A program made the position numbers and the translations under genes. The notes below the pieces were generated by a model. That model was not told the DNA's origin. It did no database searches and saw only the letters and a program-made list of their open reading frames with translations. Below, piece by piece: positions 24,751 through 35,135 of a DNA stretch of 64,000 nucleotides. The number at the start of each line of letters is the position of its first letter. Position 1 is the first letter of the stretch. Source of the stretch: Gnetum montanum (Eukaryota; Plantae; Gnetophyta); NCBI GenBank assembly GCA_015680685.1, contig MNCI01000542.1, forward strand, positions 561,889 through 625,888, given 5' to 3'.

Positions 24751-26215
24751 TGGATTTTCCCTCCTTGACATTTTTCTTTCTTTGACTATTAAGTAGTCTT
24801 ACACATATTTTACTTTATTAAGCAGATAATTGTTTACGAATATTTACCGCATTACATATCGTTAAATCAGAACTTTTTAAATTTATAATTTAGCATTGTT
24901 CATCAAAATCAAAGAGGTTTCGAAATCAAAAGTCATACCAATAGACTAACCCTTCATTATAGAATATCTTCCTTCTTGGATACTGGCACCCTCTTTCGAA
25001 ATCAAAAGTCATACCAATAAACTAACACTTATTTAGAATATCTTCCTTCTCGGATACTGGCACCCTCTTATACATATGTGCCGAAGACGGACAGCAAGAA
25101 ATCTCAATTCTTAACAATCCATATATGCTAACTTTGGAAGAGCTGCTCATGATGAAAGTGCACTGCCGCTGCCAAGAATCCCAATGCAGGGGTGGAGTCT
25201 TCGGCAAAATTTGGGTTGATGTTGCAGTTTAGGAACCAATCATATTGAGTGTAGTTGGTTTCTCACATCCATGTTTGTCAGGCTCAAACACCCAGCAACC
25301 CCACTCTCCCTTATGTTTCTGATTCTTCCATGTTTTCATCCTCACCATAATTTCCATTAACCGTAGGGAAGAAATTTACGCTTTGTAAGTTATGTTTTTG
25401 TTTTTCAAAAGCTGTGTAGCAAGATTTATTACTTTCATGGAAAAGTAACCTTCACCCTCATTTTTTTCTTGCCAGCAGAATATAAAATAAGCTTACTCCA
25501 AGTCCCACGAATCCGATCCATTTGGAGTGCAGGCATTTGCAATAGCGTGGTTTTAATTTCTTTTGAATCCTTGCCACATTTCACTAGTAGCTAGCTTGGT
25601 ATAAAATGTAGGTAGTTGCAAAATGCAAGTTGTACGGAATTTAACGAACCGCAAATGCATATTCAGTGGAAGAAAACTGCTTTCAACCATCTTTATTCCT
25701 TTAAAATTAGTAATATGACAACCATTTGAAGATTTTGCTTGCGTGCAGGACTGCGCAAACGATGGATAGTTTCTACCCAGTCAGGAGACGTTTGAAATTA
25801 CGTGAAACTGCGGATACCTCAAGCCAGAAATGACAATCTTACCCAGTCAAAGAATATTGACATTACGCAGAATGGTAATAGTAAGGAACGGGGAAGAATC
25901 GTACAAGGCATAACATGATGAATAGATCCTACCTAGTGAAGAGAATCTTAAAATTCGGTGGAATTGTATTTGCAAGGAAACAGGAGCTTCTAACTCGTCA
26001 GGAGAATCTGAACCAAATATGATTTATTAGAATGCTTAGAAGTAAATTGTTAGTCTTCTGGTATTATTAAATATATAGAATCTATTTCCACACTAGAGGG
26101 TTTCTGCAGACATTTTATTTTGGGTTGAAATCACTCTTCTTAATCATAATAAAGAATTGGTAGTATTGTGAGTAGGTGAGAAGATTTATATCTAAAGAAT
26201 TACATATGATAATCA

Positions 26216-26335
26216 TCTGCAAATTCTTGTAATTTTTGTCATCATGAAGGACATTTGTTTAATGTTTGTTTTTTCTGCAAATTCTTGTAATTTTTGTCAT
26301 CATGAAGGACATTTGTTTAATGTTTGTTTTTTCTT
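26216..26335. repeat. Near-perfect 60-bp tandem duplication
   Basis: TCTGCAAATTCTTGTAATTTTTGTCATCATGAAGGACATTTGTTTAATGTTTGTTTTTT occurs twice in a row. Confidence 0.9.
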
Positions 26336-28014
26336 TCAAAAGAAAAAAATATGTTGAGGAAAAGAGAAAAAGTGTTGATGAATAACAAAATTCTATTGTC
26401 GTTGGCTACAATAATGACAATGTTATAAGTGTGATGTTGTAGATGTGACACCTTAGTTTAATAAATTGATTATAAATATAGCCTTAAACGCATTTAGGGC
26501 ACCTTTGGTCATAGTTATAGTGCACTTGTAGATCTAACAAAAAATGGGAGTAAGAGTAAAATAAGTGCTACCTTATTATGTCACTATAAAGACATGTTAC
26601 CCATGTTTAAAGGTAGTCCTCTAGTAAGGTTGACATAGATGAAAATGAAGTTTATGCACAAAATAAATTTTTGGGGGTCCCACGGGAAAGATATTTTACC
26701 CATGCCTAAAGGTAGGTAGCTTCTCAAGAATCGAAAAAAATAATATGCCAAGTGGTAATACTCCATGCAACAGCGGTAGTCTTATGGTTGTACCTCCATG
26801 AGATGAAATAATGTGATGTCATTAGAAGGTGGTTTGGACTTGGTTTAAATCTTAGACAAAAAGGCTAATGATTACTTTAACCACCAATAAAACACAAGCA
26901 ATTCATTATGTCTATGGTAAGATATCTCACATCTTGATTTTTGCAATTTCTTCTATGTCCTTCTCATCTCACTATATGAATAATTAGACCTTATGGTTTT
27001 GTGTAAGATAGTGTAATTTTCCCAACCTGGTGATACTAACATGTGTGTTTTGGTAAGGCCTAGAGCTTGCTTTGGGGAGGATTCACTTGTATAACTGTTG
27101 TCTCTTATACCTGCCAAGTGATTCCACATCATCTTGCATCTTTCAACAACAATAAATTTCAATAAAAACTTTCCTTATCCTTCAATATATCCGTTCATAC
27201 AACATGAATTCATTACCCATCATCTCCATCTTATCAACACTTAATGCACTTTCATCACTTGAGATTCCTTCTTTCTACAATTTCTATGCCAAATTTTCGA
27301 AAAAGATGCATCATTCATAGCTCAAGACCCTTGGAACATGTTTCATATATTCCAGATATTCCAAATGACTTATTTTTATTCAAGGAAAATCAATGAAAAA
27401 TGTGAAAATCTTGCCTCCAATATGGGATCTTTGATATTGTAGTTATAATAAGTATAAATATCATGGGGACTTAGCGAAAATTTTCATTTGTAGCTTTTGA
27501 AGAGGGAAGAGTCTTTACCATTTTTTTTGTTCTAAACTAAGAGCTTTGACCTCCCAACTTCAAACACCCATAACTCCACACTTGCAAGTTCGATTTGTGT
27601 GGTTTGTGAACCTTGTTGAACCCAGAGTTCTCAACTTCGTCATGGGGGATGCCTAGCGTGATATTGCTACAATTTGAGTCAGAATTTTCTAATGCTCAGA
27701 GGTTATTATAAGGGTAAGTATGAAGGGAAAATTGAATTTTTTTTAAAAAAATCAATCACATTAATGCTAGAAACACTTAAATAATCCTCTTAATGAACCA
27801 TACCAACCATTATAAGTCATAAATAAGAGCAAAATGGACAACTATGAAGGTTTATAAGGAAATTAACACGTATGAGGTTTCTTTTTGAAAATTTTGCTAA
27901 CTCTACAATTATAGTAAACTAAGAATTTGATCTAATTAAAGGTATGAGAAAGTAAAGAAGTTATAAAAATTGGAACAAAAATTTTAATAATTCCTAAGTC
28001 CTTGATGATTGTAG

Positions 28015-28210
28015 ATGGCCTTGAAGAGAGGAGCAACATGAGGATCCTTACATTTTGCAAGTAAAAGACCCAAAGGCCATGGAAGAGGTTGAATAGGAGA
28101 ATAAGATCCACAAGCAGAACATGTAGAATAGGAGGTTCAATCTTTCAGCATTAATTAGGAAACTCATGTTATCAAACATTGGGCCTAAGGGGAGGCAGAA
28201 GAACCACAAG
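28015..28210 (+). pseudogene. Env-like ORF of C, 5' piece (before insertion A)
   Basis: GATTGTAG|ATGGCCTTGAAGAGAGGAGCA matches the D ORF start GATTGCAG|ATGGCCCCAAAAAGAGGAGCA. Confidence 0.75.
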
Positions 28211-29502
28211 TGTAATGATGGAAAACGTCGATCGCTGGAAATACCGAACGAAAGTCCGTGTACACAGTTCTAACCCCGGATCCGTGCGAGGACCGTGCTG
28301 GAGAGAAAAACGAATCCGAGGTGCCCTGAACGGTCTTGTCGATCAGACAGGGACTTATTTAATCAGTAAAATGTTTGGTAATAATTTGATGGCAAAATGA
28401 AGATTCTTTATAAGGCGGTGCAATGTTGTTAATCCCGAAAGCAATTGAAGACAATGCAAACAATTTAGATGAGATTGCCAAATCCGTATAACTAGGATGC
28501 AAAGGATCAAATTTTGTAGAGAATACAATCACAAGATCTGGGATTTAACTTATGAAAAATAATATGTTTGATACAATGATTTCAGGCGGGCTTCGGTTTG
28601 GACGAAGCACATGCTAGTAACAAGAAAGTTATCTAAAGATGAAACAAGCGAGGATCAATCTACCTTGATCTAGCCAATCTGGGCGTAAGGAAGTTAGACC
28701 TGGGGGAGAATATTCGGTAGCTAATTGTTTCTGATCAAGAATTCTTGCCAATCACCTCTGACATTCTCTTTTGCCAACCTTGAAAGAAAAATTTTTGCCC
28801 ACTCCTTTGATCTTCGTCAACTGGAGCATTTATAAGGTTAGGGTTAGGAGAAAAACGCGGTTTAAGTGACGCGTGTCTTGAACTCATAAATGCCGTTGAC
28901 TCAATGTGTTGTCATTGAAGCTTGCGACGCTATGCTGCGTAGCGCGTCGTAAACTACCCTCGTGCGGGCTTTGGCAACAGACTGTCCTTTGATTACGTTG
29001 TAATACGCTAGAGAGCGTATTGTGGCGTATGAACTACTAATGTCTGAATTGTGCTTGTCGTTACTTAAATTACGCTGTATTACACTAAATTACGCATCAT
29101 AGCGTAATTCAGCGTAAAATAACGAAATCGCAAAAGTTGAAGTATTGTTACCGTGCTTCCTCTGTTTCTGATTAATCCCTTTCGGGGTTTTATTATGCCG
29201 CTTTGCGTTACACAGCGTAATGGTCCCCCTTAGCCATTTTTTGATGTCGTGGTAGACTGTCTTTGATATTATGCTGCGTATCGCAGCATTACGCTATGTC
29301 GCGTAATGCAGCGTAATGTACTAAATGTTGAGATTTTGGAACATAGAAAACTCGCAAAGTGGAAGAGTTGCTGCCGTGCACCCATCGTTTTGTTCTGTCT
29401 CCTGAAGTTTATCTGTACTGTGTTGCGCCTTGTCGTGACTTCCTGCTTGGGTCGCTAGATTTTGCCGATCCTTCGAGGCTTCAAAAATTTTATGGTGTTT
29501 CA
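28211..29502 (-). repeat. 3' LTR of A (1,292 bp)
   Basis: Direct repeat of 44266-45582, lacking a ~24-bp segment present at ~44821. Confidence 0.96.
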
Positions 29503-29514
29503 ATGGCCCCTCTT
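29503..29514 (-). promoter_or_regulatory. Polypurine tract of A
   Basis: Minus strand AAAGAGGGGCCAT abuts the 3' LTR. Confidence 0.85.
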
Positions 29515-30786
29515 TGTTGACATTTAGAGGGCTTGCCCGAAAGACATCGACAAAGAATATGAAACACCAGAGAGGTAAAGGCATCAACAACGTCCGTCGA
29601 AAATTGCTCAAATGTCGCTTTATCAAACCTGGGAGTGCCAAGGTAGGGTAGGGAAGGAAGCATAGAAGGGATTTTACAAGAGTAAAAGGAGGGAGGTTCG
29701 AGGAAGACTCAAGCATGTGAACATGAAACTTTTGCGAAAAAGTTATAGCGTCCTTCCACGAATGCATTTGCGAGAGGTTACGCTGTCATACTGTATATGG
29801 AGGGCTTGCGCGGACGAGTTGTGTTACACCCGCGTGGCCTGGATGAGCTGTTTTACATCCATTTTGCCAAACTTTGCCCCCCCCTTTTTTTTAATTACAT
29901 TCCACTTAGGTGAGTTGCGTTACGCTAGTTCATGGACACGAAGATGCAAAAGAGTGTTGCTTGAATATTCACGCTCTGTACAAGCAAAGCAAGAGGTAAC
30001 AGTGGTCATGAGGACAAAGAAAGGGGAAAACGAAATAATGGATCAAATGGAGGGAGAGGTAGGGTTTGCACTCCTAGGTGGCCAGGCTAATCTGAGCAAT
30101 CGCTTCGGGACGCCACGACACCTTACCTGCTAATGAATGCACTCTCGATCAACGCTGTTGTAGCAAGTAACCTGCAAAACACAACAAAGAGCAAAGCGCA
30201 GAAGCAATCGTCCTAATCGCTAAGGAGGGAGGTTGTTGAAACAAGCACCATCCAAAGCGAAAAGGAGAGCGCAGACTATGAAACAAGGACCATGACGGGG
30301 AGCAAGCGTCCCAATGTTGGTGCTGCGGTTCATGAAACCACCGTCGACAGCCAGATTCATGTTGCCCCAATGATTGGGCAAAGAAGAAGTCAAATGAATC
30401 TGCTAGGTCGGAGTTCGGTGACGGCGATGGATGGAGCTCGCTTAGACTGCGGATGACCACAGTTTCTTCGTGGTCCTAAGCTGCAAAATTGATCCCAGGA
30501 GGTGCAGCTACAGAGCGGTTGTTGTAGCAACATCTCTGAGGGGTCAGTAGTATGCCTTTCGACATGTCCGAGGAATCAGCAGAATGCAGACGAGGTAATG
30601 GCGTTGTGTCTGTCCTAACGCCTTACCCGTTTCGTCTGGTAGGGATGCTATGCAAGAATGACCACGCTTGCTTGCTTCATGGAATGCTTGGCCGATTCCA
30701 ATTTTGAGTCCTGGTTGACTATCGTTGCTCGTTTTAAGCCTCAGCAGGCCATGGTCCAGGTTTAACGTCTAGGAAGACTACAATCT

Positions 30787-31055
30787 ACTAGTTTTACGTC
30801 GTAGCGGACGGTGGAAGGGCTAGTTTATGGTCCCAGCAGACCATGCTATGGGTGTCAGTTTTATGTCGTGACCCAGGGACAAGTCTGTGCTGATTTAGCG
30901 TCTCAGCAGACGTATGCTTACCTTGCCAGTTTCGCGTCATGGTGGATGGTCGAAAATTTTGCCAGTTTAGCGTCTTGGCGGATGCGTGCAAGAAGTGCCA
31001 GTTTTACGTCGTGGCAGACGAGTACAAATTTGCCAGTTTTACATCATAGTGGACG
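30787..31055. repeat. Eight-unit array (24-nt core plus 8-12 nt variable linker) just after the pol stop of A
   Basis: Core GCCAGTTTTACGTCGTGGCGGACG (variable) starts at 30787, 30819, 30854, 30889, 30925, 30961, 30997 and 31032. Confidence 0.8.
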
Positions 31056-31087
31056 TCTGTTACCTTGCGTTTGCGCCGAGTTGATGC

Positions 31088-32300
31088 TTAGGCGTAATAT
31101 TGTTTCAAGTACAGATGGTTCACTAGGTTTGAGTGCTCGTTGCCGTTGATGTCTGCTAACTTGAATGCTCCATTGCCGTATGGGCTGATGACCAGGAAAG
31201 GACCTTCCCAGTTTGCAGAGAACTTACCTACTGGTTCATGAATGGCCTTGAGAACTAAGTCTCTTTTCTTGATCGATCGTTGATGCAGGTTGTGCCGATG
31301 CTTCTCTCTCTGTTTATCCTGATATCTTTCGATGGTGTCGAGCGTCTGGATGCGTTTCTCCTCTACCGAATCTAAATCCACAATTCTAGACTCATAGTGC
31401 TGAGTCTCATTTATAACCATGGATAGGACCATTCGCAATGAGGGAACCTGTAATTCCAAGGGCAGCATTGCTTCGGACCCATAGACTAGGCTGTAGGGTG
31501 TCCTGTCTGTAGCTATTTTACACGTTGTACGATATGCCCATAGCACGTAGAGGATTTTTTCATGCCATCATTTTTTGTTAATACTGAGCATCTTCTTAAG
31601 TAGATTGATAATCACTTTGTTTGTCACTTCTGCCTAACCATTTGCTTGCGGGTAATAAGGTGAAGAAAAATATTACTTGATACCAAGGTTATCGCAAAAA
31701 GATTTGGTTTCTGTGCTACTAAATTGTGGCCCATTTTCGATCACAATAGTCATAGGGAGCCCAAATATAGTTACAATATTATCTAAGATAAAATGGCAAA
31801 CCTGTTGAGATGTAATCTTTCGTAGGGGGATAGCCTCGACCCACTTCATAAAATATTCGGTGGTGGTGATAATGAAGCTATGTCCTGTGGAAGATTTGGG
31901 TGCGATAGGACCTATGATGTCCAGTCTCCATCGTTGGAATGGCCAAGTGATCTGTGTAGTGTGCAACTCAGTTGGTGACACGTGTATTAGATTTGCGTAA
32001 TGATGGCATGTGTCACATGTTTTAACCTTGGCAAGGTAGTCTTTTTCCATGTACGGCCAATAGTACCCTAGGCGTCTAATTTTAGTGGTCATTGCCTATG
32101 GGGCTACGTGTCCTCCGCATAGCCCTTCGTGGACTTCGTTAACTATTTGCTATGCTTGGTCGTTGTTAATGCAGGTAAGCAATACCCCATCGAAAGAGCG
32201 TCTACAGAGAGTACTGTCTCCAAGGATGATGTATTGCTTGGCACGCTTGTGCACTGCATCCTTTTGCGCATGTGTTAGCTCGTGCGGTGGTTCGCCATGC
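31088..32300 (-). pseudogene. pol: Integrase of A
   Basis: GYYWP..C..C zinc-binding part, WPFQRWRLDIIGP, EYFMKWVEAIP, ENGPQF, LWAYRTT, GKFSANWEGPF; interrupted by stops. Confidence 0.95.
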
Positions 32301-32362
32301 AGAAGGTAAGTTTTAATGTTGTCATACCATTCTAACGTTCCTTCTGTGTTTAATGAAGAAAT

Positions 32363-32812
32363 TTACGTTGCTTGGATGACAGGCTCTGTACATTCTATCA
32401 TTAAAGTGGGCGAAGTCGTAAACAAGTGTGGCGGCACGTTTAATGGCAGTGTTGCCAGTGCATCGGCAACAGCGTTTTCGTTGCGCGGCACATGTTGGGC
32501 ATCGATTGTCACGAATTGTTTCAGGAGATCTTTAGCCATATCATAGTAGGGTTGTAGGCGCACAGCCTTGTAGGCATAGACTCCTATGATTTGATTGATG
32601 ACAAGCATCGAATCACCTCGGATTGCTAGGTGTTGAACTTTAAGTTCTCTGGCTATCAACAATCCTCTAAGGAGCCCCTCATACTCTGCCACGTTGTTCT
32701 TACAAGGGAATGTCAGGTGGTAAGCTGATGGATGCACATCCTCAGGGGTAAGCGTAATGACAGCGGCAGCACTGCCACCTCTAGTAGTAGAAGCTTCGTC
32801 GAAGTATAACAT
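32363..32812 (-). pseudogene. pol: Additional archaeal-type RNase H (aRH) of A
   Basis: LYFDEAS, NNVAEYEGLL, GDSMLV and HVPRNENAVADALA are the diagnostic Tat aRH motifs. Confidence 0.93.
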
Positions 32813-32926
32813 CGCTTCGAGGCCTGTTGATATAGGGCTTAAACTATGTACATGCTCATCTGGGAATTCTGGCTCTATCGTAGCTTGATCTTTAGTGGGC
32901 GATGTCGTTAGCTGATCAGCTATGGC

Positions 32927-34584
32927 CTAACCTTTTGTGGATGATTGGCCAACATAATGTAAATCAAATTCGGCTGTGATGGCCTTCCAACGAGCTATCC
33001 TGCTACTCTCATATAAGTTGTTTGAGATAGCTCGCAGAACATTGCTTTTACAGATTATATTGACCTGACTACGGAAAAGATAATGCCTACATTTTTTAAG
33101 TGCGAAAACTAATGCCAAACAGTTATTCTCTACTTCATTGTACCTTGTCTTGTACGTAAATAGGGCGTGATTGAGGTAATAGATAGGGGTTTCAGGCCCA
33201 TCGTTCCTTTTTTGGCACAGTAATGCAGCTATGGACATGTCTGAGCTAGCTAGATAGATGTAAAAAGGTTGATCTCTTTGTGGCGGGAAAACCATTGGCA
33301 AATGTTGTAGCTTCTTTTTTAAATCGTCAAATGTATTTAAATCGTCAAATGTATGTTGGCAGTCATCAGTCCATTCGAAATTAACACCCTTCTTAAGAAG
33401 GTGTTGCATGGGATGTAATTTATTTGTTAATTTCGAGATGATCCGCTTGATGAACTGAAGCCTACCCTGTAACCCACGTAGTTCCTTGAGGTTTGTAGGT
33501 GGCGTTAAATCAATGATGGCCTTGACCTTGTCGGGGTTGACTCGGATGCCAGTTTTTGATACCACAAACCCCAACATGCATTTGGTTTTGACTCCGAATA
33601 CGTATTTCTTTGGGTTAAGTTGCAAGTCATGCTTAAGACATTGTTTAAGGACTAACTACAAGTTTTCTGAATGATCTTCAGACTTTATAGACTTGACAGC
33701 TATGTCATCTACATAGTCGTTCAATCTCCCTAAAAGGTAGTCGCTAAAGATGTATGTCATGACCCGTTGATATGTCGCCCCAGCATTTTTTAGCCTAAAA
33801 GGCATCATAGTGTAACAGAAGGTCCCCCAGGGTGTCATGAATGTTGTGGTCAACTGATGCTTCGGGTTGATGTGAATTTGATTATAACCTGAGAAACCAT
33901 CCATGAAGGATAGAAGTGCGTGACCAACTGTTGTGTCCATCAGTTGGTTGATACTAGGTAACAGGAAATTATCCTTAATCGTAGCTTTGTTCAGATCCCG
34001 AAAGTCTATGCAGATGCATATACCTCCCGTTTTCTTAGAGACAACTACGATGTTGGACACCCAGTCTGAGTAATCGACCGCGCGAATGAAACCAGCTTGA
34101 TACAACTTGGTGATTTCATTACGCACAATTAGCGTAATTTCTGGCTTAATCTTGCATGCCTTCTGTCTAATTGGTTTGATGCGTGGGTCTAAAATTATGT
34201 TATGCTGTATTAATCTCGGGTCTAATCCCGGCATGTCTTCATATGACCATGCAAATACAGCAACATTGTTTTGGAGTACTCGCGTTATGCCACTCTGTGT
34301 TTGTTGGTCTAAAAGGGAACTAACTCTAAGAGTTTTATTCTCACCTTTGTGCGTAACCACAGGGACCTTGTCGAGAGGATCCTCGGTCACATCACCAGCC
34401 TCCAGGTCTAGAGTTCGGGCCAAATGTTCTGGCCAATCTGGGGATAGTTCCGACGTTACTATGGTTGCGTCACAAGGGGTAGGTTCTGTTTCTATCAGCA
34501 TGTAGTTAGACTGTCTAATGGTCTCCTCGTATGGGCTTGTTAAGGCTAATGGTGTGGATAAAGCTGCATCCATTTGCGAATCAC
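32927..34584 (-). pseudogene. pol: Reverse transcriptase and RNase H of A
   Basis: CIDFRDLNKA, SFMDGFSGYNQI, MPFRLKNAGATYQR, YVDD (33704-33715), LNPKK, and RH motifs PIYY...CLALVFALKK. Confidence 0.96.
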
Positions 34585-35007
34585 CTTGCAAAAACATCAA
34601 AAAAGGAAGTTGTTACATTGTTTTTTCTGCTAATCGGTTGAGCGATAAGAGTTTGTTTTTGTCTTTTTAGCGTTAAAGAGGCTTCCAGTTTAAGGTCTTA
34701 GTGGACCGTTACAATAAGATAATAACGAGCTTGGCTTCCTAGATGCTGGCGTATGAAATGAAATGAAAAGTGTAACGTGACGTGTCTAGCGTGTTGTGAA
34801 ATTTGAATTTCTGTACAAATCGTAGTTAATGCGACCGGATTACGAGATGATAAATGTATTAGTTTAAGATCATTTCGGACCGCAATCTACATGATATCAA
34901 CAAAATTAATGCCCCAATCTTTGCGTTTCATGTCATATTGACATCGGCGTTTCGGGAAAGTTCCGCATCAATCGGACAGAAAGAAAAAATTAGTTTCAAG
35001 CATTTTG

Positions 35008-35015
35008 TTTATAAA
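35008..35015 (+). promoter_or_regulatory. Candidate TATA box of the nested antisense gene
   Basis: TTTATAAA lies ~120 nt upstream of GCCATGG (ATG at 35136); supported by position only. Confidence 0.35.
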
Positions 35016-35135
35016 CTGATGGTTCATACTCGAGACGGGTTACAGATATCGTGAATTTGGATTTTGGCTATAGTAGAAGAGGAGCAGAAGCAAGAAGTAA
35101 ATAGGAGATTTATGAAAAGTTATTCGATTGTAGCC

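Noticed and set aside
28835-28848. Telomere-like GGTTAGGGTTAGG
   Set aside because: Only two units, present in both LTRs of A next to a TATA-like site; at most a telobox-like promoter motif.
30787-31055. CRISPR-like repeat/spacer appearance
   Set aside because: Linkers are only 8-12 nt, the repeats are degenerate, there are no cas genes, and the context is a plant retrotransposon.
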